This document shows, one piece after another, positions 24,930-32,893 of a DNA stretch of 32,893 nt. The notes under the pieces were generated by a model that was not told where the DNA came from, made no database searches, and saw nothing but the letters and a program-made list of their open reading frames with translations. Position 1 is the first letter of the stretch, and each line of letters starts with the position of its first letter. The stretch is taken from positions 1-32,893 of IMG/VR virus record IMGVR_UViG_3300023105_000106; one strand, given 5' to 3'. This DNA is from a virus. Taxonomy: Duplodnaviria; Caudoviricetes. The translations under genes were made by a program, and so were the position numbers.

Positions 24930-25453
24930 CGGTCCGAAGAATCACAATAGAATACGAAGATGGAACCTCGGAGGTTCTTACACCGGCTGAATGGATGGGC
25001 GTTATGCTCGGTTCCCGAACACCTGCGTCGTCGGACAACACCACGAACTCATATTCAGCACTCCCACAAGAAACGTTCCAATCTGCACGGAATCTTGTTT
25101 CCGCAGTAGAAGAAGAGGAAATTGCGGTTCAAATCGAACCACTACCAGTTCCACCGCCCATAAGTGCCGAGGATACTGAAATGGTCAGCCCAGACGCCCC
25201 GGTTCACGCTTCCCCAGTAAGGGAAATCGAAGAACCTGTTAGTCGTCCTGTGGACGACCATGACAAAGCGTATCGCCAAGCAACGGTGCTACGCTTCCCA
25301 TTCGGTAAATACAAGGGTCGTACCATCCTTGAATTGGTTTTAGAGGATAGTGATTTTGCCCATAAATGCTTGAAACAATTAGGCAACAACGGCAAACATA
25401 GTGAATTGGCTAACGCCATCAAAATCGTTCTTGAGAAGAACCCCGGAATCTAG
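24926..25453 (+). CDS. Protein with C-terminal FGKYKG (DUF3820-like) domain
   Basis: LRFPFGKYKGRTILEL after an acidic Pro-rich linker. Confidence 0.6.
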   Translation: MTVRRITIEYEDGTSEVLTPAEWMGVMLGSRTPASSDNTTNSYSALPQETFQSARNLVSAVEEEEIAVQIEPLPVPPPISAEDTEMVSPDAPVHASPVREIEEPVSRPVDDHDKAYRQATVLRFPFGKYKGRTILELVLEDSDFAHKCLKQLGNNGKHSELANAIKIVLEKNPGI

Positions 25454-25482
25454 ATAAACGACTTGAAAGGAGGAAATATTGC

Positions 25483-25695
25483 ATGAAGAAATACGTACTG
25501 ATAGAGAAGAAATTGAAAGCGGGTAAAGAAACCTTGACACTGTCCAACATTGAAGTGTCAGTCCTTGGCTCGTTTAACCATGAGAACGAATTGCGCGCTC
25601 AATTGAAGGTGATGAAGAACCTTCAAGACGCTGGTCGCCTAGACCCAAAAATGAGCATGGAAGTACTTGAGGTGGACTTCGATGGAGAAGCCTGA
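25483..25695 (+). CDS. Hypothetical protein
   Basis: AGGAGG RBS, ATG start. Confidence 0.55.
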   Translation: MKKYVLIEKKLKAGKETLTLSNIEVSVLGSFNHENELRAQLKVMKNLQDAGRLDPKMSMEVLEVDFDGEA

Positions 25696-26653
25696 AATTG
25701 TAACAGGTGTTTATCTTCCTCACGAAGTAAGTCAAAGCAGAATCAAGCGCTACTTGACCTGCCCAAAGTTGTATGAATACAACGACGTACTTCGTGTCCG
25801 TCATGGTCGCGATTCCTGCGGGGCTTCGCTTCCTATGGGAACTACGTTTCACGCGGCGGCAGAAGTGTTCCATGAAACAATTCGTAAAGGGTTTGAACCT
25901 GATATGGACGTGTTGATGAATCTGATTGACAAAACATTTCGTGAAGAGTACGAAAAAATCATCACTCCAAAGAATCTAGACCATGCTCGTGGAGTACACT
26001 GTGATTCTAGTCTGGGATATGACTGGCGTCAAGTCCGTAGTGGTACGCTTATGTCTGAAGTCGAAGGGTCTGTTGAACGGGCAATCAAAAACGTTCAGTG
26101 GTGGTTTGAATGCTATACTGATGCTTACGAACGCGGAGAATTAGATATATTCAACAACATTGAAGTTGGCTGTGAAGTCGATTACCGTCGAGAAATCCCT
26201 CATATTGGTCTTGCACTTCGAGGTAAAATTGACGTAGCATTGAACCCAACGTTGTTAGCAGACTGGAAAACCGCTAATCCTAACAAGAAATGGAACTGGA
26301 GTCAAAACCGCGCAGACGGCGAATTACAGGCATCCTTTTACGCCGCTTTGATGAATGAAGAGGAAATAGAATTTGCTTACGTAGTAATCGATAAGCAGGT
26401 TCACCCAGACTTCGCTAAGACACCAAAGAAATGCGATGTGAAAGTAATCACAACTAAGCGTACACAGTCAGATATCAAAGAAGTAATTGCTATGGTTGAA
26501 TGGTTTGCAATTAGTAGTGATATTCGTAACAATCATCAAGAAGGATTCTTTCACCGTAAAACTGACCCCATAGGTGAGGAATACTGTGACAATTTCTGTG
26601 ATTTCAAAACACGATGCTATACTGATTTGCAAAAGGAGCGTAATGGAGAATGA
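25682..26653 (+). CDS. Cas4/RecB-AddB-like PD-(D/E)XK exonuclease
   Basis: SQSRIKRYLTCP, GTTFH, LRGKIDV, ADWKT, QASFY and C-terminal C..FC.F...C (Fe-S-type Cys arrangement); GAGGTGG RBS before ATG 25682. Confidence 0.8.
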   Translation: MEKPEIVTGVYLPHEVSQSRIKRYLTCPKLYEYNDVLRVRHGRDSCGASLPMGTTFHAAAEVFHETIRKGFEPDMDVLMNLIDKTFREEYEKIITPKNLDHARGVHCDSSLGYDWRQVRSGTLMSEVEGSVERAIKNVQWWFECYTDAYERGELDIFNNIEVGCEVDYRREIPHIGLALRGKIDVALNPTLLADWKTANPNKKWNWSQNRADGELQASFYAALMNEEEIEFAYVVIDKQVHPDFAKTPKKCDVKVITTKRTQSDIKEVIAMVEWFAISSDIRNNHQEGFFHRKTDPIGEEYCDNFCDFKTRCYTDLQKERNGE

Positions 26654-26731
26654 CGACAGTTATGGGAAGGGATTCCCGAGATAAAAGCGAGCGTTTGTCT
26701 TTGCTCGCACGTATTCGGAGGTGGCTTTCCC

Positions 26732-26965
26732 GTGTGGGATGATTATTTTGGATTTGACTGGTATCCTGTACAACAAGCGGCTATCTTTGGTACGCTTGGA
26801 ATGATTTTTCTTGGACTAATTGGTATGACCGAAGGATGGGGATTCTTTTGGATGTTTGAACGCATTGGAACTTTCGTTTCAGCACATGAGGAAGCCGTAA
26901 TCATTGGTGTTCTGGTTATTGCCATGGGAGTCTATCAATTCATTCGCTACAAAGGGGGTTATTGA
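26732..26965 (+). CDS. Small two-TM membrane protein
   Basis: GGAGGTGG RBS, GTG start; two hydrophobic helices. Confidence 0.6.
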   Translation: MWDDYFGFDWYPVQQAAIFGTLGMIFLGLIGMTEGWGFFWMFERIGTFVSAHEEAVIIGVLVIAMGVYQFIRYKGGY

Positions 26966-27409
26966 ATGGCTGATGAAGCCACACAAAACCTAGAACGCTG
27001 TGAAATCTGCGGCGTATTCCGTTGGGATGAAGACATTGGCGGAGTCCTAATCAAGAAGGGCCGGTTCTTAGAAGAACACCATTGGTCATACGAACCAGAA
27101 TTAACAATCATGTTGTGTGAAGTATGCCATTGGCGTGTACATAATGAAGATGGATTTCACGACCATTTGAAACCCGAACAGACTCGAATGAATTGGATGA
27201 TGAAGAAGCGTAGTAAACCGGGCTTCTTTGAAATCCGTAAGAAAATGGGGGAATTAGGAATTTACGACGACGACGACAATGTAGTCCGTATTATTCATTC
27301 CACCGCAGACCCATATCACACGCTAGCACGATTAGCGAATGAATTTCAAGGATTGATTGAACTAGAACATGTCTTTGAAATATTATACCCAAGTGAGGTG
27401 TCAGAATGA
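26966..27409 (+). CDS. HNH-like zinc-binding protein
   Basis: CEICG...EEHHWSY...MLCEVCHWRVH. Confidence 0.6.
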   Translation: MADEATQNLERCEICGVFRWDEDIGGVLIKKGRFLEEHHWSYEPELTIMLCEVCHWRVHNEDGFHDHLKPEQTRMNWMMKKRSKPGFFEIRKKMGELGIYDDDDNVVRIIHSTADPYHTLARLANEFQGLIELEHVFEILYPSEVSE

Positions 27410-28005
27410 AAGCAGTATACATTTACGCAAACCCTAGCAAGAACGCAAAAATTGAACCATATGTTGAGGTCATTAGCGAACGTTGTAATGACTTAGGCTG
27501 GGAAAGTCCAACGGTATTTGCCGATGGATTCCCCAGTGTAAAACAAGGCGGTATTGATGAACTGATGAAAAAGGTGGAGAATGATGTCGTCGATGGTGTG
27601 ATGCTATTCTCGCTTGAAGCGTGGGCGCATGAACGACATAAGTTTGTTCCCGTAGTCGGTAAAATGCTTCAGAAGGTAAATGTCCTTGTTGTAGCATGTG
27701 CGCCAACGCTTGGGCAATTGAAAGGTATGAAAGACCTAGCAAAACTCGAAGGCCTATTCCTTAGTGGAGAATATTTTTCTAACCTCAATAGCGTTGCTGT
27801 CAAGGTCGGTATGTCAAAGTCCACGAAAAAGAAAGGGCGTCCATCGCTGATGGATACTGACCGTGAATTCGTACGTCAAGTTGCAGTTCTGTACAATCAA
27901 AATCTAAGTACAAAGGGTATTGCACAAAGACTTGGTGCATCATACCATAAGGTGTATCGAGCCTTGAAGCATTTGCAAAAGGACGGTGGAGAAAGTGAAG
28001 CGTGA
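27406..28005 (+). CDS. Degenerate resolvase-like protein with C-terminal HTH
   Basis: Resolvase-like layout (AVYIY...VFAD...IDELMKKVE...DGVMLFSLE...KVGM...KKGRP...HTH STKGIAQRLGASYHKVYRAL) but lacks the YxRVS and DRLxR motifs. Confidence 0.6.
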   Translation: MKAVYIYANPSKNAKIEPYVEVISERCNDLGWESPTVFADGFPSVKQGGIDELMKKVENDVVDGVMLFSLEAWAHERHKFVPVVGKMLQKVNVLVVACAPTLGQLKGMKDLAKLEGLFLSGEYFSNLNSVAVKVGMSKSTKKKGRPSLMDTDREFVRQVAVLYNQNLSTKGIAQRLGASYHKVYRALKHLQKDGGESEA

Positions 28006-28129
28006 CTTTGTTGATGAAGTCTGGGACGCACTGAATACACCGATTGATGTTGGTGGTCCTGTTCAGAAAGCGCTTATCCTTACGTTCTGTTTTGTTGGTG
28101 GTGCAATTATGGGGGCTAATCTAGTATGA
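27995..28129 (+). CDS. 44-aa single-TM protein (GTG start; not in ORF track)
   Basis: MKRDFVDEVWDALNTPIDVGGPVQKALILTFCFVGGAIMGANLV; fills the gap and has an ATGA overlap with the next gene. Confidence 0.45.
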   Translation: MKRDFVDEVWDALNTPIDVGGPVQKALILTFCFVGGAIMGANLV

Positions 28130-28500
28130 AGTATCCTGCTAAAGTACAACAGGTGTTGAATGACTGGTGGCGTCAGCATGGCCACGATATGCACCGTCCT
28201 GATTGGGGCGTAATCAAACTATCCGCAGGAAACACCTATGAACATAATATGCGAGTTGCTGAAATTTGCATTTATCTGCTTCATAATGGTATTCCATTTG
28301 CAACCGAAGCAATTCTTCGATACGATGTTCGCCCCGACATTGTCTGCCCAACACATGTGCTTCCTATCATTGAAGTCCTTTGGAGTGAGTCAAAAGAAGA
28401 TTTCATAGAAAAGAAAGCAGGAAAATATCCAGACGCGCTAAACAAAAAGTGGATATTAAACGATGCTTCTTTGGAATTTGACCCGATAATGTTGGAGTAA
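28126..28500 (+). CDS. Small PD-(D/E)XK-fold nuclease-like protein
   Basis: EH...FATEA...RPDIV...IIEVLWSE. Confidence 0.5.
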   Translation: MKYPAKVQQVLNDWWRQHGHDMHRPDWGVIKLSAGNTYEHNMRVAEICIYLLHNGIPFATEAILRYDVRPDIVCPTHVLPIIEVLWSESKEDFIEKKAGKYPDALNKKWILNDASLEFDPIMLE

Positions 28501-28504
28501 TAGT

Positions 28505-28972
28505 ATGAGTTTGAATCGCGACATGGTCAACCACCGCTTAGACCATTGGGAAAAGGTGGCCGAGGAATTTGCCCGTGCTAAGTTTCGTGGTGAAAACCCA
28601 GAACACATATCCATTCTTCTAGAATTGCTATCAGATGGTAGTTATCCTTACTTACGTACTTTGGCGTCGCTAGGCGACCGTGATTTAATCAAACAACAAA
28701 TAGACCTTGATTTAGCCTCCATGCAAAGAGCAATTGAAATCATTCGTAATGTAGCGTACTTGTGCGCCCAAAAGGAATGGAAAGAGAAGGACTTTGCACA
28801 TGCAATGATGTTGTTATTTGGTGGTAGTCCTATCATAGAAGAATTGTTTGATGCTGAATTGTACAAAGACAAAGAAATAAGCAATGCCGATACGCAAAAT
28901 AGGGTCGAACAAGTCAGATACGTTGGCCAATATATTCAAGACCTAGATATACCGAGGGATGGTCATGAGTGA
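28505..28972 (+). CDS. Hypothetical helical protein
   Basis: Operon-packed ORF. Confidence 0.6.
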   Translation: MSLNRDMVNHRLDHWEKVAEEFARAKFRGENPEHISILLELLSDGSYPYLRTLASLGDRDLIKQQIDLDLASMQRAIEIIRNVAYLCAQKEWKEKDFAHAMMLLFGGSPIIEELFDAELYKDKEISNADTQNRVEQVRYVGQYIQDLDIPRDGHE

Positions 28973-29384
28973 TTTACACTTTACTTACGATGGCCGGCCT
29001 TGCGGAATGTTGCGAAAGATTGCATCCGAGGTTGTTAGTATTGAAGAAGAATGGATTTCATCCTGCGAAAAAGGACTTGCTACTGTTAGTTATCAAGCCT
29101 TTTTGAAACCCGTAAAAGAAGAAGTATTGCGGCTTCATGCTATCGAAATTACAGATTCTCAAGCATGGATGGTTGTTTCACAAATTTTTTCTAAAGCGGT
29201 TCCAGACTATCTTCGTGATGAAAAGAACGATGAAGATACAGAACGTAAAGGAATCGTACAGAAAGGGATTCGAGGAATTGCCGGCGTTCTTGACACAACT
29301 GTTGGTGTCGTAACGGCCCCTGTAAAAACTGTCGCGGGGGCAGTTAAATCCACTGAAAAGGCTTCATCTAGCGAAGACCAATAG
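28959..29384 (+). CDS. Hypothetical protein
   Basis: Operon-packed ORF; C-terminal amphipathic Gly/Val-rich helix. Confidence 0.55.
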   Translation: MVMSDLHFTYDGRPCGMLRKIASEVVSIEEEWISSCEKGLATVSYQAFLKPVKEEVLRLHAIEITDSQAWMVVSQIFSKAVPDYLRDEKNDEDTERKGIVQKGIRGIAGVLDTTVGVVTAPVKTVAGAVKSTEKASSSEDQ

Positions 29385-29396
29385 ATAAAGACCGTC

Positions 29397-29410
29397 GAAA
29401 TATATAAGAA
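29397..29410 (+). promoter_or_regulatory. BRE/TATA promoter GAAATATATAAGAA for the replication/transcription operon
   Basis: Canonical archaeal TATA about 31 nt before GTG 29434. Confidence 0.55.
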
Positions 29411-29433
29411 CCCCTTTCAACTAGATTCGCTTC

Positions 29434-30234
29434 GTGAAATGGGGAGTGCCTATTCCGCTTTATGCGGATTTGATTGACGGCTTGGGAAACCAAGATTCTA
29501 TGCAACTGTACAACCTTCCTATTCGGGAAGGCAAAGTGTGGTTCTATGGTCCGGGCGGTCGTAAGAAACTCAGTGCGATTCTCGACTACTACAACCACGG
29601 GAAGATTCCTCCCGGTAGTATGCTTCAAACTTTTACTGTAAAGGTCGGAGCGTTTAGTGTAGCCGACATTGAACGCACTGTGCAGAACCTTCGCGGTCCC
29701 AATGATGATGGGTATTACCACGGGCGTTGTCCTTCCTGTGAGGCTCGCGGTGGCGACACGGGCAAAGACCATTTCTATGCTAATCCAGAAACCGGTCACA
29801 TTGGTTGCTTCGCGGGTTGCAAGAAGAACGAACTGACTACCGCTGTAACCAAGATTCCAGAAGAAGAACCTGCTGTTGTATTACCGAACACCAGTGGGGT
29901 TTCACAGGTATCGGAACACCCTGTATTATTGGCCGCAGAAGTTCGTGCTAGAATCAGTGGAAACTACGTTCTGTGCGAATCCATGAACAAAGAAGGTGAA
30001 ACTGCGGCGCACTTCAAGGTGCCTGTTTCTGAAGTCCAACATTTTGCTCGTGCTATTGTAGCAATGTCCGTAAAGCGATTCACAATTCGTGAATTGGCCG
30101 AATCTATGGGATTCAATTGGACAGAAATCCAAGGTAATAGAAGTGTTACCAAACTAATCCATCCCCCTGTTAAGGCTTTATACGGACTCGGGGAAATCAA
30201 TTACTATAAGGATGGACAAATAGAATTAAGGTGA
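29434..30234 (+). CDS. Protein with primase-type zinc-binding domain and possible C-terminal wHTH
   Basis: YHGRCPSC...DHFYANPETGHIGCFAGC resembles primase Zn-binding domains; no catalytic primase motif recognised. Confidence 0.5.
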   Translation: MKWGVPIPLYADLIDGLGNQDSMQLYNLPIREGKVWFYGPGGRKKLSAILDYYNHGKIPPGSMLQTFTVKVGAFSVADIERTVQNLRGPNDDGYYHGRCPSCEARGGDTGKDHFYANPETGHIGCFAGCKKNELTTAVTKIPEEEPAVVLPNTSGVSQVSEHPVLLAAEVRARISGNYVLCESMNKEGETAAHFKVPVSEVQHFARAIVAMSVKRFTIRELAESMGFNWTEIQGNRSVTKLIHPPVKALYGLGEINYYKDGQIELR

Positions 30235-30239
30235 ACAAC

Positions 30240-31160
30240 ATGAAAGAAGAAACAATTGTAAAATGTACAGACTGCGCATCGAGGGACTTACTGCACGACA
30301 ATAAACGAGGAGAAATCGTTTGCAATGACTGTGGGCTAGTATTAGAAGAAAACATCATTGACCAAGGTGCTGAGTGGAGCGTATTTGCTCCAGAAGATGA
30401 AAACAGGGCTCGTGCTGGTGCGCCAGTTAACTTGATGCTACACGACAAAGGACTGTCGACAGACATTGATTGGCAGAACCGCGATTTTTCCGGTAAAGCA
30501 ATCTCTCCATCAACCCGTAGTCAACTACATCGTATGCGTAAATGGCAAGCACGCGCTCGTTCTAGCAATTCACGGGAACGTAACTTGCAAAATGCAATGC
30601 AAGAAATGAATACTATGGGCGGACGACTAGAATTGCCTAGAAGTATTCAATCAGAAGCCGCACTTATCTATCGTCGTGCATTGGAAGCAAACATTATCCG
30701 TGGCCGTAGTATTCCCGGTGTCGCCGCCGCCTGTCTTTACATTGCGTGTGAATTAGCCGGCGTTCCTCGCCCAATTGCTGACGTAAGTCACAAACTCCGT
30801 ATGGGCAAAAAAGAATTGGGCCGTACTATTCGTCAAGTAAAACTCAAACTTCGTATTCGTACTGCACCTAAAGAAGCGAGCCAATTCATCGGACAATTCT
30901 GCTCAAAACTTGACCTCAAGCCTGAAATTGAGAACGCGGCAAAAGAGATGTTTGCTAAAATCAAAGAATTGGAATTAGATAGTGGTCGTGGCCCAACAGG
31001 GCTAGCCGCCGCATTGATTTACATTGCGGCACTAAAAGGTGGTCAGCGCCGTACTCAGCGTGATATTGCTGATATCTCGGGTGTTACTGAAGTAACTATC
31101 CGTAACAGATACAAAGAATTGGCAAACGCATTAGAAATCAATATGGAGGAATTGATGTGA
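30240..31160 (+). CDS. tfb: Transcription initiation factor TFB (TFIIB)
   Basis: Zn ribbon CTDC...RGEIVCNDCGLV, IDQGAEW, RAGAP, HDKGLSTDID, RMRKWQ, ERNL, two cyclin repeats, RTQRDIADISGVTEVTIRNRYKEL. AAGGTGA RBS favours ATG 30240. Confidence 0.95.
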   Translation: MKEETIVKCTDCASRDLLHDNKRGEIVCNDCGLVLEENIIDQGAEWSVFAPEDENRARAGAPVNLMLHDKGLSTDIDWQNRDFSGKAISPSTRSQLHRMRKWQARARSSNSRERNLQNAMQEMNTMGGRLELPRSIQSEAALIYRRALEANIIRGRSIPGVAAACLYIACELAGVPRPIADVSHKLRMGKKELGRTIRQVKLKLRIRTAPKEASQFIGQFCSKLDLKPEIENAAKEMFAKIKELELDSGRGPTGLAAALIYIAALKGGQRRTQRDIADISGVTEVTIRNRYKELANALEINMEELM

Positions 31161-31348
31161 AGGTTTTACCTGAAAAGCAACCAGAATGGTGGTATAACAA
31201 AATGCGGGAAACCGCACGATATTTAGCCATGCGAATCGAAGAAATGGTTGAAGCAATGGAGAACGACGATAAAGAATATCAGGAATTTTTCCAAAACCAT
31301 TTTAGAGCGACTTTGCCCGACTTTTGGACAACGATTAGTCGTGAATGA
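31157..31348 (+). CDS. Hypothetical protein
   Basis: GGAGG RBS; GTG start overlapping the tfb stop. Confidence 0.55.
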   Translation: MKVLPEKQPEWWYNKMRETARYLAMRIEEMVEAMENDDKEYQEFFQNHFRATLPDFWTTISRE

Positions 31349-31360
31349 TGAGGTGGAAAA

Positions 31361-32893
31361 ATGGCCGTAATTACTCCTTCAAAGACTTCCTCATATCGCA
31401 TTGGCGATAGGGCTATCAAGACGGACAATTCTCGTGTTGTCGTCAAGGATAGGGATGAAGAAGGCGATGCGGTCTATTTGCAACCGGATGGGTCTTGGGC
31501 CTATTCTCCGGCTGAAGTGATTGTTCAGCAGGCGATTTGGTTTGACCCGAAAAACATCAATGAACGTGTTTACGACGAATACGAAGGCGGTTGGTCGCTA
31601 GAAAGCCATCCTATTACTACTGATGATTTACTACATGTGTGTAGTAAGTACATGGAACATCCACAATTCGTATATGATGGAGAAGGACCAGATGGGCAAA
31701 AATTAGTTCGTATTGATGTACCTAACCAATATGTTATGGGTCGTCTGATGAACAGAATTACACCTACTTACAATGGTGATGTAAAACTAGCACAACGATT
31801 TTGTATTGATAGTCCATTTTCTGTTTCGGAAACCATGCCGCGTATTTGTTATCTCGATATTGAAGCATGTAGGGCAAACGAATTCTCGAACAACAAGGGT
31901 TTCCGTGAACAAGAAATTACATTGATTGTTTGCATGGATTCGTATACTGGTGTTATGCACGCATTCGGTCAACATTCGTCATTTGTTGATAATACGACTG
32001 ACACCTATGGTATGATGAAGGATATTGATTCTGAGGTGCAATTGCATCACTTTTCAACTGAACGGGCTATGCTTGATGCTTGGCTTACTCACATGGATTC
32101 TATGAATTACGACATTATTACAGCATGGAACAGTCATGGATACGACTTTCCTCAACTTTACTTTCGTATTGAAAGTAATGGTCTTGATGTATCACGCTTA
32201 AGTCCTGTTGGCGGTGTGCGCGCACCAAGTAGCCGTAATCAAGATGGCGAAGGTATTGGCGATTACAATTTCTATCTCATCAAGGGCCGTGAACGTCAGC
32301 CATATATGCATACGCAACCTTGGGATGGAATCAACGTTATCGACTTGATGTGGGCCGCTGAGAAGAAGCACCATGCTACTACTAGCAACAACCTTCCTTC
32401 TCGCGCACTGGACAAAGTTACCAAAGATGAGTTTGGCGATGAGGGCGGTAAAGCAGAATGGAAACCCGACTTCTTCGATACGGAGTATCATTTAGAATGG
32501 GACAAGTACGTGTACTACTGTCTTCGTGACGTTGAACTGATGAAGATGCTCGACGAGCGTTGGGGTATTATCGAAGGATTCCACCGTCTTCAGGTTCAAA
32601 TGTGTGTACCTTGGTCTGACATCTTCTATACCTCCAAACTGTTTTCTGTCATGGGCCAACGTAAGGCCGACTTCGTTCAACGGTCTGGGCCATCCAAGGC
32701 CGAGCGTAAGAACATGGAGGATATGGAGAAAATTCCCGGCGCATGGGTGCTAAACCCAGAAACAGGTATCTGGGACTGGGTCTATCTGATTGACTTCAAG
32801 TCGCTATATCCAACCGCTGTCATGGCCGCAGACATTGGCTACGAAAACATGCAGTGGGAAGAACCCGAAGGCGATTACTTTGAAGGCGAATAT
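31361..32893 (+). CDS. polB: Family B DNA polymerase (exonuclease domain and start of polymerase domain), 3'-truncated; missing from the ORF track
   Basis: GAGGTGG RBS, ATG 31361, frame open to the window end; ExoI CYLDIEA, ExoII AWNSHGYDFP, ExoIII YCLRDV, IPGAWVLNP, motif A IDFKSLYPT. Confidence 0.93.
   Translation, partial: MAVITPSKTSSYRIGDRAIKTDNSRVVVKDRDEEGDAVYLQPDGSWAYSPAEVIVQQAIWFDPKNINERVYDEYEGGWSLESHPITTDDLLHVCSKYMEHPQFVYDGEGPDGQKLVRIDVPNQYVMGRLMNRITPTYNGDVKLAQRFCIDSPFSVSETMPRICYLDIEACRANEFSNNKGFREQEITLIVCMDSYTGVMHAFGQHSSFVDNTTDTYGMMKDIDSEVQLHHFSTERAMLDAWLTHMDSMNYDIITAWNSHGYDFPQLYFRIESNGLDVSRLSPVGGVRAPSSRNQDGEGIGDYNFYLIKGRERQPYMHTQPWDGINVIDLMWAAEKKHHATTSNNLPSRALDKVTKDEFGDEGGKAEWKPDFFDTEYHLEWDKYVYYCLRDVELMKMLDERWGIIEGFHRLQVQMCVPWSDIFYTSKLFSVMGQRKADFVQRSGPSKAERKNMEDMEKIPGAWVLNPETGIWDWVYLIDFKSLYPTAVMAADIGYENMQWEEPEGDYFEGEY

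Noticed and set aside
9997-31160. Interpretation as a cellular archaeal chromosome because of ths, tfb and the tRNA
   Set aside because: There are no metabolic or ribosomal genes, and the window has fibre genes, a very high orphan density and cassette-like micro-ORFs.
31361-32893. Intein or protein-primed type for the PolB
   Set aside because: No intein signature in the visible part, and the segments diagnostic of protein-primed enzymes lie beyond the window. The long N-terminal region fits an RNA-primed PolB.

Overview
This window is best read as part of the genome of a large dsDNA virus of archaea, most plausibly infecting Thermoplasmatota such as Marine Group II/Poseidoniales (inference). 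The evidence is a group II chaperonin (thermosome), a full-length TFB/TFIIB, an archaeal-type tRNA-Arg(GCG), archaeal TATA-like promoters and a family B DNA polymerase truncated at the right edge, all set among densely packed, overlapping orphan ORFs. The left two thirds (1-19.6 kb) looks like a morphogenesis region: a 5'-truncated Gly/Thr-rich spike-like protein, a long fibre protein, and two clusters of small membrane proteins sharing a recurrent Leu-Gly motif. It also holds an apparent membrane module of coiled-coil/TM proteins next to an Arf/Sar1-like small GTPase, and a SWIB-domain protein. I recognise no HK97 capsid, portal, terminase or tail-tube gene in this window. At 19.6-21.7 kb lie a candidate structured sRNA with an anti-Shine-Dalgarno loop, the tRNA, a serine recombinase and a ~480 bp non-coding region. 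The right part (21.7-32.9 kb) is an early/replication-type array: small cassette genes, several nucleases (T5orf172/GIY-YIG-like, Cas4/RecB-like, HNH-like, PD-(D/E)XK), a degenerate resolvase, a primase-type Zn-finger protein, TFB and PolB. All family calls come from motif recognition by eye; no database search was run.
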